From an uncultured Verrucomicrobiae bacterium (GTDB lineage: Bacteria > Verrucomicrobiota > Verrucomicrobiia > Limisphaerales > UBA11358), in contig CAVXLF010000020.1 in the NCBI GenBank assembly GCA_963762585.1, forward strand, positions 33,913 through 97,912: a DNA stretch of 64,000 nucleotides, given 5' to 3'. A model generated the notes under the pieces. It was not told the origin of the DNA, made no database searches, and saw only the letters and a program-made list of their open reading frames with translations. How positions within the stretch are numbered: the stretch's first letter is position 1; each line of letters opens with the position of its first letter. The position numbers and the translations under genes were made by a program. Positions 1-10,001 of the stretch are shown here, one piece after another.

Positions 1-239
1 GCTTCCTGAACTTCCTGATCAATGCGGCTGCCGGGGCGCGTGGTGGTGCCCTTGAAGAGCATGTGTTCGAGCACGTGTGACAGGCCGGCGCCGAGCCAGC
101 GGTCTTCGTGAATGCTGCCGGCCATGCACCACGCCTGCGCCGACACGACCGGGGCGCTGTGGTCTTCGCGCACGATGAGGGTCAGGCCGTTGTCGAGCGT
201 GGTCAGCGTGACGCCGGCTGGCGGCGACGGGGTTTGCAT
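1..239 (-). CDS. M16 (pitrilysin/insulinase) family zinc peptidase, N-terminal part (runs off window)
   Basis: Manual translation of the minus strand: MQTPSPPAGVTLTTLDNGLTLIVREDHSAPVVSAQAWCMAGSIHEDRWLGAGLSHVLEHMLFKGT, with the inverted zinc motif HxxEH. Confidence 0.9.
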   Translation of the reverse strand, partial: MQTPSPPAGVTLTTLDNGLTLIVREDHSAPVVSAQAWCMAGSIHEDRWLGAGLSHVLEHMLFKGTTTRPGSRIDQEVQE

Positions 240-419
240 CGCCAGAATTCTAGCCGAAAAAGCCGTGTCACTCATATATTGAGAAATGGAGGGGAAAGAT
301 ATTCAGAAATGGGTTTGGGGCAAACCAATTTGGTGCGGCGATGATGACGGCATCGGTTTTCAGAACGTTCTTGTCGCGAAGCGGGGCGGGAGGGTTCGGC
401 ACGGTTTGCCGGACCCGGT

Positions 420-839
420 TCAGTTTGCCACCGGCTTGGTATCTGGATTTGATTTGACCTGCGGCAGGAACGGTTTGCGAAAGGCCTCGGTGAAATCGTA
501 GCCGTTTTGAAAATCGTCGCGCGTGTCCTTGTCGGTTTTGGCGAGCAGACCGATTTCCACCATGTTGAAAACGATGTCACCGAAGTCGCGGCAGTGGCGC
601 ACGCCCCATTCCTCGAACACAGTCACGACCATCGGACCGAATTGCTGAAGCGCAAACTGCCGGATGCCGTCGAGCAATTCCTGCCCGCTGACGTGGCGGA
701 TCTGGCCGTGGGTTTCCTTGCCGATGATTTTCTGGGTGTAATCGAGTGCCTCGCGCACAAAGGTGTAGGCGTCGCGCGAAAAGCGCGGATCCCGGGTGAG
801 AATCAATTCCACCGCCTCGTCAAAGTTGATTTCTTGCAT
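420..839 (-). CDS. Verrucomicrobia/Planctomycetes conserved protein (Minf_1886-like)
   Basis: DPRFSRDAYTFVREAL...RHVSGQELLDG...FGPM...WGV...DFGDIVFNMVE pattern typical of this family. Confidence 0.8.
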   Translation of the reverse strand: MQEINFDEAVELILTRDPRFSRDAYTFVREALDYTQKIIGKETHGQIRHVSGQELLDGIRQFALQQFGPMVVTVFEEWGVRHCRDFGDIVFNMVEIGLLAKTDKDTRDDFQNGYDFTEAFRKPFLPQVKSNPDTKPVAN

Positions 840-840
840 T

Positions 841-972
841 TTAAGGTCCGGCCTGCTGAACCACCGCCGTTGCCGGATGAGCGGTGCGATACGTTTTGAC
901 GGCCCAGCCGGTCAGTAATAATCCCAAAACGATACAAAGAACCAACTGTTCCTGTTTCGTCAGGCGATTCAC
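841..972 (-). CDS. Small single-pass membrane protein (43 aa), not in ORF track
   Basis: GTG at 972 (in-frame ATG at 978 also possible) gives MNRLTKQEQLVLCIVLGLLLTGWAVKTYRTAHPATAVVQQAGP*; hydrophobic core; stop 1 nt before the next ATG; TATATT 6 nt upstream. Confidence 0.65.
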   Translation of the reverse strand: MNRLTKQEQLVLCIVLGLLLTGWAVKTYRTAHPATAVVQQAGP

Positions 973-1013
973 AGCCATAATATAGCGGAAATCGGGTGAA
1001 CGGCAACAATACC

Positions 1014-1046
1014 ATTTACGATTTGTGATTTACGATTTACGATTTA
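1014..1046. repeat. Heptamer tandem repeat (ATTTACG)n
   Basis: atttacg atttgtg atttacg atttacg attta in a divergent intergenic region. Confidence 0.85.
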
Positions 1047-1081
1047 AACAACGTCGCCCGGCGCGCAAATCATAGATTCCC

Positions 1082-1837
1082 ATGGCAGCCATTGGTCGAT
1101 TTCAAAAGGATGGCGAAATCTTTCACGCCAAAATCGTGGACGGCGAATTATTCCGTCTGCGCGGTGACGTGTTTGGCTCGCCGTCCTTTGATCGCAAACC
1201 AACTGCCCGGAAGGGCGTCAAGACACTGGTCCCGGTCGTGCCCTCCAAGGTCATCGCGGTCGGTTTGAACTACCTCGAACACGCGCGCGAAACGGGCAAG
1301 CCGCTGCCGCGCCAGCCCTTGTTCTGGATCAAGGCGACCACGTCGCTGCTGCCCGACGGTGGTAAGGTTGAAATTCCCTTTCCGCATCATCGCACGGATT
1401 ATGAGGCGGAACTGGCCATCGTCATCGGCCGCAAAATCCGCAACGTCGCACCGGCGTCGGCCGTGCGCTACATTTTCGGGTACACGACGGCACAGGACAT
1501 CAGTGACCGCACGATTCAAAATGCCGAGAGCCAGTGGACGCGCTGCAAATCGTTCGACACTTTCACGCCGCTGGGGCCCTTTGTGGAAACGAAGCTGGAT
1601 CCGGACAGTTTGACGATTCAACTTTTTCAAAACGGCCATTTGCGCCAGAACTCAAACACGAACCAGCTCATCTTCAAGCCGGCCGAACTGGTGAGCTTCA
1701 TCTCGACGAACCTGACGTTGCTGCCCGGCGATGTGATTTTGACCGGCACCCCCAGCGGCATCGGCCCGATTCAAAGCGGCGACAAACTGGAAGTGCGGAT
1801 TCAGGGGCTGGCGCCATTGGTCAACACGGTGAAATAA
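1082..1837 (+). CDS. Fumarylacetoacetate hydrolase family protein
   Basis: SKVIAVGLNY, DYEAELAIVIG, QDISDR, KSFDTFTPLGP, LLPGDVILTGTP motifs. Confidence 0.92.
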   Translation: MAAIGRFQKDGEIFHAKIVDGELFRLRGDVFGSPSFDRKPTARKGVKTLVPVVPSKVIAVGLNYLEHARETGKPLPRQPLFWIKATTSLLPDGGKVEIPFPHHRTDYEAELAIVIGRKIRNVAPASAVRYIFGYTTAQDISDRTIQNAESQWTRCKSFDTFTPLGPFVETKLDPDSLTIQLFQNGHLRQNSNTNQLIFKPAELVSFISTNLTLLPGDVILTGTPSGIGPIQSGDKLEVRIQGLAPLVNTVK

Positions 1838-1840
1838 TTT

Positions 1841-1903
1841 CAACGCAGAGACGCAAAACGCAGGGCAAAATAAAAATCTTCGTTCCCTGGTTCCTTTATG
1901 GTT
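1841..1903. repeat. Degenerate three-unit repeat element with mismatched arms
   Basis: Left arm caacgcagagacgcaaaacgcaggg resembles the 12291 arm; right arm cttcgttccctggttcctttatggtt is a different unit. Confidence 0.5.
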
Positions 1904-1917
1904 AACCTTTCCGCCAC

Positions 1918-3696
1918 ATGTACTGGACCAAAACTTTGATTCCGACCCTCCGTGAACCTCCTGCTGAGGCGGAAATCGTGTCGCACAAACTGCTGTTGCG
2001 CGCCGGACTGATCCGCAAGCTGGCCGGGGGCGTTTACACCTTTCTGCCGCTGGGCCTGCGCGCATTGCGCAAGGTCGAGCAGATCGTCCGCGAGGAAATG
2101 GACCGCGCCGGCGCCATCGAAGTGCTGATGCCCGCGCTGCAGCCGCCGGAAATCTGGCAGCAAAGCGGCCGGTACGAAACCGCGCGCGATGTGCTGTTCA
2201 AGGTCAGGGACAGCGCCAACCGCGAATGGGTCCTCAGCGCGACCGCCGAGGAGGTCATCACCACGCTGGCCGCGGGTGAAATCAATTCCTACCGGCAGTT
2301 GCCAAAGAATTTCTACCAGATCAGCCTGAAATTCCGGGACGAAATCCGGCCGCGTTTCGGGCTGATGCGCGCCCGCGAGTTCATCATGAAGGACGCCTAC
2401 AGCTTTGACGTCAGCGACGAAGCGTCACAGGTCACCTACCAGAAAATGTATGACGCCTACGCGAGGATATTTGCGCGGTGCGGATTAAAAGCGTTTCCGG
2501 TCGAGGCCGACACCGGGGTCATCGGCGGCAAATTCTCACACGAGTTCATGGTGCCCGCCGAGACCGGCGAAAACGAGGTCGTGTTCTGCGAAGGCTGCGG
2601 TTACGCGGCGAACATTGAGAAAGCCACCAGCGGCATCCCCCAAACCGCCGCGCGCGAAGTTGGCGCGGCCGCTGGGAAATTTTCCACGCCCGGCGTTGTC
2701 ACCATCGAGGCGCTCACCCGGGAGCCTTACAAGGTTCCGGCCAATCGCCAGATCAAGACGCTGGTTTACCTTGCCGACTCGAAACCGGTCATCGTTTTAA
2801 TCCGCGGCGACGACCAGTTGAATGAAACCAAATTAATGGCGAAGACCGGCGCGGTTGCGGCGCGACCGGCGACGCCGGAGGAAATTGTTCTGTTGCTGGG
2901 TGCCAAGCCCGGGTCACTCGGGGCGGTTAACGGCTCGTTTCCCGAGGAGAGGGATCCCGACTATCGGCAACGGCATATTGAAACATTAAAAAGTGCCGGT
3001 CGCCTGATCCTCGCCGACGAACGCCTTCGGGGTGCGAATGGGATGACCACCGGTGCGAATGAAGACGGTTATCATTTCGGAAACGTTTCGATTGAACGCG
3101 ACATCAAAGTTTCGGAATGGTTCGATTTGCGGACTGTTTCGGCGGGTGAACCGTGCGTGAAGTGCGCCAAGCCGCTGAAAATCCGGCGTGCCATCGAAGT
3201 CGGTCACGTCTTCAAGCTCGGCACAAAATACAGCGAAAAATTTGGCGCGGAATATCTGGATGAATCCGGCGCGCGAAAACTTTCAGTGATGGGCTGTTAC
3301 GGCATCGGCATCACGCGCACGTTGCAGGCGGTGATTGAGCAAGGCAATGACAAGGACGGCATCCTTTGGCCGTTGAGCGTCGCGCCTTACCGGGTTTGCA
3401 TCACGCCGCTCAATGTTGCGCCCGACAGCGAAGCCATGAAACTGGCGGAAAAAATCCACGCGGAACTGACCGCCCGCGGCGTGGACGTGATTTTGGACGA
3501 CCGCGACGAGCGGCCCGGCGTGAAATTTAAGGACGCGGATTTGGTGGGTTTTCCCATCCGGCTCGCCATCGGCGAAAAATCGCTGGCCAAAGGCGAGGTG
3601 GAAATCAAGCCGCGCGGCGGGACATTACAATTTTTGAAAGCCGATGAGGCCGTGGCAGGTGTGATGAAATTACTGGAGAGCGGCAGCGCCACTTAG
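1918..3696 (+). CDS. proS: Proline--tRNA ligase (bacterial type with editing domain)
   Basis: SHKLLLRAG, KFRDEIRPRFGLMRAREFIMKDAYSF, IEVGHVFKLGTKYS, MGCYGIG, DDRDERPGVKFKDADLVG. Confidence 0.98.
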   Translation: MYWTKTLIPTLREPPAEAEIVSHKLLLRAGLIRKLAGGVYTFLPLGLRALRKVEQIVREEMDRAGAIEVLMPALQPPEIWQQSGRYETARDVLFKVRDSANREWVLSATAEEVITTLAAGEINSYRQLPKNFYQISLKFRDEIRPRFGLMRAREFIMKDAYSFDVSDEASQVTYQKMYDAYARIFARCGLKAFPVEADTGVIGGKFSHEFMVPAETGENEVVFCEGCGYAANIEKATSGIPQTAAREVGAAAGKFSTPGVVTIEALTREPYKVPANRQIKTLVYLADSKPVIVLIRGDDQLNETKLMAKTGAVAARPATPEEIVLLLGAKPGSLGAVNGSFPEERDPDYRQRHIETLKSAGRLILADERLRGANGMTTGANEDGYHFGNVSIERDIKVSEWFDLRTVSAGEPCVKCAKPLKIRRAIEVGHVFKLGTKYSEKFGAEYLDESGARKLSVMGCYGIGITRTLQAVIEQGNDKDGILWPLSVAPYRVCITPLNVAPDSEAMKLAEKIHAELTARGVDVILDDRDERPGVKFKDADLVGFPIRLAIGEKSLAKGEVEIKPRGGTLQFLKADEAVAGVMKLLESGSAT

Positions 3697-4698
3697 CGGG
3701 GCGCTTGAAGGTTGCCGTGGCAACGGGTGAAATGTGAACCGTGCGGGCCGGTTTGCCGCCGGATCAATTTGCATCGTGTAATAGCCGCCGTCGTTCAACA
3801 GTTCGGTTCCGGAAAGGGCCGGGCAGAGCCGCACGTGGAAAGGCCGCCATAAATGGGCTTCGTGCAGCGCCGAGGTCATACGGCTGACGGCGTGTCCCAG
3901 GCATCGAATGGGCGGTATGCCCGACAGCACCCGGCTTTTCCACAGAACCAGCCGTGAGTGCAGGTGTCCGATGATGGTGTGTTCGATTTGTGGCAAACGG
4001 CGGCGCACCGATTCCTCGCGCCAGAGAAACGGCAGGGCCGTCGGATCGTGACAGAACAGAATCAGACGTTGATCTGCCGGCAACGCGTCGAACGCAGCGC
4101 GGATTTCAACCAGATACAATTCCCGGAGCCGCAGCCATTCCGGCCATTCCTCCGGCAACGTATCCGGTTGATGCGTGGGGAGAGCAATCAAGGACGAAGT
4201 CACGCCCATCAGGGTGTAGCGTCCGAAGGTGAGTTGCCAGGAGGGCGGCAGGCCGAGGGTTTCCGTCGCGGCCCGCCAACTGGCCAGGCGCATTTCGCCC
4301 CCGCCGAACAAGCCCTGTTTGCCAAGTTCATGGTCGCCCATGATAAATCGCGCCCGGTCGCCGAATTTCGCGCGCAGTTTGCCCAGACATTCCTCCGCGC
4401 TTTGACCTGCCGCCGGATCGCTCACGCCCACAAACCCTGAGTCACAGGAATAATCGCCATTGCCCACCAGATAATCCACAAGCCCGGCTTCGGCCAGAAA
4501 ACGGTCGAGTTGGCGTCCTTGATCGAGCGGATGACGCATCCAGATCAAATGTCGATAAGCGCGGGCAAACGCGCGGAACAGGGGATTGGGAATGGTGCGC
4601 AGTTCGTAGTCCTCGCCGCGGGCGCGTTCGGCGGCGCCGGCGTAGTGAATATCGCTGACAATGGCGACCGTGACATCGCCTGGCGCGTTTGTCTGCAT
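3670..4698 (-). CDS. Calcineurin-like metallophosphoesterase
   Basis: SDIH, GNGD, GDHE, HDP and GHLH metallophosphoesterase motifs. Confidence 0.8.
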   Translation of the reverse strand: MQTNAPGDVTVAIVSDIHYAGAAERARGEDYELRTIPNPLFRAFARAYRHLIWMRHPLDQGRQLDRFLAEAGLVDYLVGNGDYSCDSGFVGVSDPAAGQSAEECLGKLRAKFGDRARFIMGDHELGKQGLFGGGEMRLASWRAATETLGLPPSWQLTFGRYTLMGVTSSLIALPTHQPDTLPEEWPEWLRLRELYLVEIRAAFDALPADQRLILFCHDPTALPFLWREESVRRRLPQIEHTIIGHLHSRLVLWKSRVLSGIPPIRCLGHAVSRMTSALHEAHLWRPFHVRLCPALSGTELLNDGGYYTMQIDPAANRPARFTFHPLPRQPSSAPLSGAAALQ

Positions 4699-4704
4699 CT
4701 GGCG

Positions 4705-7110
4705 TCAGAGTGGTGCGACGACGATGGCGGTGTCGTCGGCCCGGTCAAGGCTCTCGCGGACGGTTCGGGCGAGGTCGGCGTGCGTATAGGGTTTTTGCAG
4801 GTAGCGCGCCTTCATTTTTACCAGCAGCTGGGTGTTGACTTCATTGGCGGTGTAGCCGCTGGTGAAAATGACCTTGAGGCGCGGGTGCTTGACAATTAAT
4901 TGCCGGGCCAGGTCCGCGCCGGAAACGCCTTCCGGCATCACCATGTCGGTTAAAAGCAGATCAATTTCGTTTGTTTTCCGCTGCCAGGTATCGAGTGCTT
5001 CCTTGCCGGAAGACGCCTCGAAGATGCGGTAACCGTATCCCGAGAGGATGTCGCACGCCATTTCGCGCAGGACGGGCTCGTCCTCGACGATGAGAATGGT
5101 TTCGGTTCCGCCGGAGGTGAATTCCGAGGGGACGATTTTCTCTTTTTTGGGTGGAAGGGGCCTGTCACTGGCGGGAAACAGCACGTCAAAAGTCGCGCCA
5201 CGGTTGAGCTCGCTGTTCACTTCCAGCCAGCCTTCATGTTGTTTGACGATACCATAAACGGTGGCCAGCCCGAGGCCGGTGCCCTTGCCGACCTCCTTGG
5301 TGGTAAAAAACGGTTCAAAAATGCGGTGCAATGTGGCGGCATCCATGCCGGTGCCCGTGTCGGCCAGGCGCAAGCGAATAAACCGGCCGACGCGGGCATC
5401 GGCATGTGATTTCACGTAAGCACTGTCAAAGTTCATGGTGTCAATGCTGATGGTGAGCCGGCCGCCATTGGGCATGGCGTCCCGGGCATTGACGGAAAGG
5501 TTCATGATGACCTGCTCGATCATGCCGATGTCGCCTTCCATGGTCGGCAATTCCGACGGCGGCCGGAATTCAAGCTTGATGGTTTCACCGAGCAGACGTT
5601 CCAGCATCCGGGACATGTTGCCGACCACTTCGCGCAGGTCGAGCAGGTCGGGTTGGATCACGTTCTTGCGGCTGAACATCAACAATTGCCGCGTCAAACC
5701 CGCCGCGCGTTCGGCGGCAAAATAAATGGCCTGTAGCGGGTCGAGCACGTCCGGCGGCAACGCCGTCCGGGCCAGCAACGCGCTGGAATGCCCCTGAATG
5801 ATCGTGAGCATGTTGTTGAAATCGTGCGCGACCCCGGCGGCCAGCTGGCCCACCGACTCCATTTTTTGCGACTGGCGAAGTTGTCCTTCAAGATTCAACC
5901 GGTCGGTGATGTCGTCGACGTAACAATGCACCACGCGGCTCGGCAACACGGGATGAAACAACCAGGAAAACGTGCGGCCGTTCATTTCTGTCTCCAAACG
6001 CACCTTGCTTTGGCCGGTGGCCAGACAATCGCGAATGATACCGTTGATTTCCGGGGGGAGCACGTCGCGCGGATGGGTTTTCTGGGCGGCCGTGGCGAGT
6101 TGTTGCGCGGCCTCGTTGAAATAACTGATGGTTCCATCCTCGGTAAATTCCATGGTTGCCGCCGGGTTCAATTTTGCGAACGAGGCAACTTTTTCGATTT
6201 CGGCCTCCGCGCGCCGGCGTTCCACCGCCATGCCCACAACGGTGGCCACGGCCATCAGAAATTGCATTTCATCCGGCGTGAAGATGCGACGCTGCGTGCT
6301 GTGGGCGCCGATGACCCCGAAAGGCCGTCCCCGGGTTGGAATCGCCACGGTCGCGCCGCTGACGATGCCATGCTCGGTGAACAGGGGAAACGGGACGAAT
6401 TGCGTTTCCGTTTTGGAATCGGCCACGACGATCATTTCGCCGGAGTTCAGGGTCAGGCCGGTTTGTGAATGATTGTCACCGGGGATTTTGGTTTCGCCGA
6501 CACAGCCACGGCCCCAGCCCGCGCCCGCCTGCAGGAGCAATTGGCCGTCAGGCAGCCGCTCCCAGACAGCACTGTATTCCAGCTCCAGCGTGTGGGCGAT
6601 GAGCAGGCCGGCTTGATTCAACAGCGGTGCCAGATCGTTTTCGGTCAGCGCAAATTGTCCGAGGGCGGCAATGGCGGTTTGCTGGAGGGCGCGATTGAGC
6701 AGGATTTTTTCCGACCTTTCACGTTCATTGATGCGCTGTTGGAGCGCTTCAGCCATGCTGTCAAAAACTATCGCCAGCTGCCCGAATTCGTCCTCGGTGG
6801 GTTCCAGCCCGGTGCGGGCGGTGAGGTCGCCTTTCGCAAAACGTTTCGCCGCCTCGGACAGCGCGCGCACCTGGCGCAAGATGAAATGTTCACCGCCGAA
6901 CCACGCCGCGAACAATGCCAGCAAGCCGACGGCAAAACTGGCCCACGGCACGTCCAGGGCATATTGTTTCAACCAGGCCGGCGCGAATTCCCAGAACCAC
7001 TTCTGGTTGACGAGGTAGGTCAACACCAAAGCCGGGGCGATGGCCACGAACACGCTGGCCACCAGCTGCATTCGTACCGTGGAGAATTTCTTTAAAACGG
7101 TCCTGATCAT
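4705..7110 (-). CDS. Hybrid sensor histidine kinase (TM-HAMP-GAF-PAS-like-HisKA-HATPase-REC)
   Basis: Two TM segments, HAMP (DEFGQLA), H-box [10 protein letters not shown]-box [22 protein letters not shown]-terminal REC (LLLTDMVMP). Confidence 0.93.
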   Translation of the reverse strand: MIRTVLKKFSTVRMQLVASVFVAIAPALVLTYLVNQKWFWEFAPAWLKQYALDVPWASFAVGLLALFAAWFGGEHFILRQVRALSEAAKRFAKGDLTARTGLEPTEDEFGQLAIVFDSMAEALQQRINERERSEKILLNRALQQTAIAALGQFALTENDLAPLLNQAGLLIAHTLELEYSAVWERLPDGQLLLQAGAGWGRGCVGETKIPGDNHSQTGLTLNSGEMIVVADSKTETQFVPFPLFTEHGIVSGATVAIPTRGRPFGVIGAHSTQRRIFTPDEMQFLMAVATVVGMAVERRRAEAEIEKVASFAKLNPAATMEFTEDGTISYFNEAAQQLATAAQKTHPRDVLPPEINGIIRDCLATGQSKVRLETEMNGRTFSWLFHPVLPSRVVHCYVDDITDRLNLEGQLRQSQKMESVGQLAAGVAHDFNNMLTIIQGHSSALLARTALPPDVLDPLQAIYFAAERAAGLTRQLLMFSRKNVIQPDLLDLREVVGNMSRMLERLLGETIKLEFRPPSELPTMEGDIGMIEQVIMNLSVNARDAMPNGGRLTISIDTMNFDSAYVKSHADARVGRFIRLRLADTGTGMDAATLHRIFEPFFTTKEVGKGTGLGLATVYGIVKQHEGWLEVNSELNRGATFDVLFPASDRPLPPKKEKIVPSEFTSGGTETILIVEDEPVLREMACDILSGYGYRIFEASSGKEALDTWQRKTNEIDLLLTDMVMPEGVSGADLARQLIVKHPRLKVIFTSGYTANEVNTQLLVKMKARYLQKPYTHADLARTVRESLDRADDTAIVVAPL

Positions 7111-7137
7111 TTTGCCGGGTTCCGAGCTTGTTGGGGT

Positions 7138-7153
7138 AGCATATGGCAGACCA
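7138..7153 (-). promoter_or_regulatory. Putative sigma-54 (-24/-12) promoter
   Basis: TGGTCTGCCATATGCT (GG-N10-GC) about 28 nt upstream of the kinase ATG. Confidence 0.35.
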
Positions 7154-7168
7154 ATTTTTGCGTCATGC

Positions 7169-7816
7169 TCAATCTTGACGTGCCAGCGCCGCGGTCCGGC
7201 CTTTCGGCAGGCGGCCCAGATGATAAATCAAAAAGCCATGCAAAAACTCCCGCAGCTCGGCGATCTGGCCGCCGGTCAATCGCAGCCGCGCGCACGCGGA
7301 CCAGTCGCCCTGTGTCAGAATCTGGCTGATTTTCCCGGCACCGGAGGACAGCCCGGTCTGGTTCCAATCCGGCTTCAAACCGAGTTCCTGAAGCAATTTT
7401 AATTCGAACGCAAACACGGTTTGTGGTTGTGCGGGCCGTTGGCAGAGATGGTCCAGAAATCCGAGCATCAGCTCATAAACCGCGGGCAGGGGCGTCCCGG
7501 TTTCCGTTGCCTGTTCGATGAACGCCGTGGCGTACATCGCCTGGCGCAGTTGCGCGAGATCCTGGCGCAGGGCGGCGTGCAGTTCGCGCAGACTGATTTC
7601 GCGGAGGGTGTGCAACTCGGAGCGCGGGCTGCGACTGAAGGAAAAATCCGCGAGATAAAACAAATCCAGCTTGCCGAGAAACGGTGATTTGAGGCGGCGC
7701 GCGCCTTTGGCCACGGTGGCCATGCGGCCGAAATCCGGTGTGAGCCAGTGAATGATGAGGCTGGTTTCCGTGAGCGGCCGCGTGCGCAAAATCAAGCCGG
7801 TGGCGGATTGAATCAT
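7169..7816 (-). CDS. recO: DNA repair protein RecO
   Basis: GLILRTRPLTETSLIIHWLTPDFG...AKGARR OB-fold N-terminus; FELKLLQELGLKP. Confidence 0.9.
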   Translation of the reverse strand: MIQSATGLILRTRPLTETSLIIHWLTPDFGRMATVAKGARRLKSPFLGKLDLFYLADFSFSRSPRSELHTLREISLRELHAALRQDLAQLRQAMYATAFIEQATETGTPLPAVYELMLGFLDHLCQRPAQPQTVFAFELKLLQELGLKPDWNQTGLSSGAGKISQILTQGDWSACARLRLTGGQIAELREFLHGFLIYHLGRLPKGRTAALARQD

Positions 7817-8484
7817 TTTATTTCCGGCGGCGGCGCGGACTCATTCGCCAGCGCGCCGATGCTGATGATGTACTTGAAGCCATCCGCCACCGACATGTCG
7901 AGTTTGATGATCTTATCCTCCGGCACGATGATCAAAAATCCGCCGGTGGGAAGCGGCGTCGTGGGGATGAAGACGCACACGCATTTTTTGCCGGTTTTGT
8001 TCTCCACCTCGTCTGCCTGTGCGCTCGTGATGAAGCCGACCGAATAAATTCCCTCGCGCGGATATTCGACGAGCACCACCTTCTTGAACGAGCTCTTTTT
8101 CCCGGATGTGAACGCTTCATCCACCTGCTTGATGGTGCCGTAAATCTTGTTCAGCACCGGCACGCGCAACATCATGTTGTCCGCCCACGCAATCAGACGT
8201 TTGCCGAAGTAATACCGCGCCAGCACCCCGACCACCGATACCAGCGTGATGGCCAGCAGGATGGCCAGTCCGCTCCAGTACCAGAACAACGGGCCGGCCA
8301 CGCCGTCCACGTAAATTGCCCTGGGGTCAAGCCACCAGCGGAGAAAAAAAAGCAGGGTGTCCGTGAAGCTGGAAATGGTGCCGAAAAACCATTTGACCAC
8401 TGCCAGGGTGATGACGCCGGGCAACACAATGGCGAGGCCGGTCAGGAAACTGGCGCGCCAGCGCGCCATCAGTGATTTTTGCAC
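7813..8484 (-). CDS. DUF502 family membrane protein
   Basis: FLTGLAIVLP, RVPVLNKIY, VVLVEYPR, VFIPTTPLPTGGF. Confidence 0.9.
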   Translation of the reverse strand: MQKSLMARWRASFLTGLAIVLPGVITLAVVKWFFGTISSFTDTLLFFLRWWLDPRAIYVDGVAGPLFWYWSGLAILLAITLVSVVGVLARYYFGKRLIAWADNMMLRVPVLNKIYGTIKQVDEAFTSGKKSSFKKVVLVEYPREGIYSVGFITSAQADEVENKTGKKCVCVFIPTTPLPTGGFLIIVPEDKIIKLDMSVADGFKYIISIGALANESAPPPEIK

Positions 8485-9017
8485 CTGGAAAGTTTATCCG
8501 CGCGCGCCAGTTGCGCGAGCGAAAATCGCCGGGAAAGTTCGCGCAGCAGGCGGCTTTCCTCGCGCTTCATTTTCCGCCGCTCGCGGTTGCCCGAATCATC
8601 ATGGCCCACCAAATGTAAAACCCCATGCGTCAGGTAACGCACGATTTCCGACTGCCAGCTCGTGCGAAACCGGCGTGCCTGCAAAAACGCCTCGTCCAGA
8701 CAGATGAAGATTTCACCGTGTACCATGGCCCAGGCATCCTGCCGGTTTCCATTTTTCTTCCTTTTTGAAACAGCCGGGCGGGATCTCCGTCCCGCATGGT
8801 CGGTGTAGTCAAACGTGACGACGTCCGTCGGGCCCTGGTGCCGGAGAAATGTTTCGTTCAATTGCGTCATTTCCGATGCCGCAACGAGACAGATTCCCAG
8901 GTCGGCGCTTTCAATTTGAAGCAGTTCCGCCAGGAGCGTTTGGGCGATCCGCCGCAGCAAGCGGAGGTCAACCCGCTGTCCGCGCTGGCGATTGGAAATC
9001 GTCACCAAGGGTGTCAT
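8469..9017 (-). CDS. ybeY: rRNA maturation endoribonuclease YbeY (with internal ~25-aa insertion)
   Basis: LNETFLRHQGPTDVVTFDY, GEIFIC, HGVLHLVGHDD; downstream of phoH. Confidence 0.9.
   Translation of the reverse strand: MTPLVTISNRQRGQRVDLRLLRRIAQTLLAELLQIESADLGICLVAASEMTQLNETFLRHQGPTDVVTFDYTDHAGRRSRPAVSKRKKNGNRQDAWAMVHGEIFICLDEAFLQARRFRTSWQSEIVRYLTHGVLHLVGHDDSGNRERRKMKREESRLLRELSRRFSLAQLARADKLSRCKNH
8722..8800. repeat. REP-like imperfect palindrome inside ybeY
   Basis: accatggcccaggcatcctgccggtttc...gaaacagccgggcgggatctccgtcccgcatggt; ACCATG/CATGGT termini. Confidence 0.55.
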
Positions 9018-9035
9018 CGTGTTGGACGGGCGGTC

Positions 9036-10001
9036 TTAGTCCGCCTTGGGTTTGCCCCGATGTTCCTCGTAGGCGGTGATGATGCGTTGCACGAGCGGAT
9101 GCCGGACCACGTCGCGCTTGCTGAACTCCACAACGGCAATGCCTTCCACGTTGTTCAATACCCGGTGGGCCTCGAGCAGGCCGGAATACTTGTTGGGCGG
9201 CAGATCAATCTGCGTTTCGTCGCCGGTGATGACGGCCTTTGATCCGTGGCCCAGCCGGGTCAGAAACATCAGCATCTGTTCCGTTGTCGAATTCTGCGCC
9301 TCGTCCAGGATGATGAAGGCATGGTTCAGCGTGCGGCCGCGCATGTAGGCCAGCGGCGCGATTTCAATCGTCCCGCGCTCGGTGTGCTTCTGGATTTCCT
9401 CCGCGGGCAGCATGTCGTGCAGCGCGTCCTGCAGCGGGCGCAGGTAGGGCGTGATCTTTTCGTAAAGGTCGCCCGGCAGAAAACCGAGCGCCTCGCCGGC
9501 TTCCACGGCCGGTCGGGCGAGGATGATTCGTGAAACTTTCCCGTCGCGCAACGCGGCAAGCGCCATCGCCACGGCCAGATAGGTTTTGCCCGTGCCCGCC
9601 GGTCCGACGCCGAAGGTCACGTCGTGTTTGCGAATGGCCTCGAGGTATTTCTTTTGCCCGACGGTTTTGGCGGTGACGCCCGGTTTCCGTTCGTGCGTCA
9701 TCACGCGGTCGTTCACCAAATCCTTGAGGGTCTCGCCGCCTTCATGCTTCACCACGTTCAGGGCATGGGTGAACTCGCGGTTGCGGACGGGCGTGCCGGC
9801 CTTCAACAAGGTTTCCAGTGAAACGAAAAGATGCCTGGCGCGTTCGAGGGCGTCGGCCGGCCCTTCGAGCTTGATCCAGCCCTCGCGCGCGGTGACCTTG
9901 ACGCCCAGTTCGGCTTCGAGGGATTGCAGGTTGCGCGGCTCATGGTTGAACAGTTGTTGCGCGACACGCGCGTTTTCAAAATGAAGGGTTTCGGTGGCCA
10001 T
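9036..10001 (-). CDS. phoH: PhoH-like ATPase (YbeZ)
   Basis: GPAGTGKTYLA, RPAVEAGEALGFLPG, AYMRGRTL, DEAQN, VRHPLV; start MATETLHF at 10001. Confidence 0.95.
   Translation of the reverse strand: MATETLHFENARVAQQLFNHEPRNLQSLEAELGVKVTAREGWIKLEGPADALERARHLFVSLETLLKAGTPVRNREFTHALNVVKHEGGETLKDLVNDRVMTHERKPGVTAKTVGQKKYLEAIRKHDVTFGVGPAGTGKTYLAVAMALAALRDGKVSRIILARPAVEAGEALGFLPGDLYEKITPYLRPLQDALHDMLPAEEIQKHTERGTIEIAPLAYMRGRTLNHAFIILDEAQNSTTEQMLMFLTRLGHGSKAVITGDETQIDLPPNKYSGLLEAHRVLNNVEGIAVVEFSKRDVVRHPLVQRIITAYEEHRGKPKAD

Noticed and set aside
240..419. Possible ncRNA in the intergenic region before the M16 peptidase
   Set aside because: No recognisable RNA family motif or convincing structure by eye
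8595..8635. YbeY metal motif ends GHDD rather than GYDH
   Set aside because: The Asp variant is, to my knowledge, common in several phyla and is not evidence of inactivation
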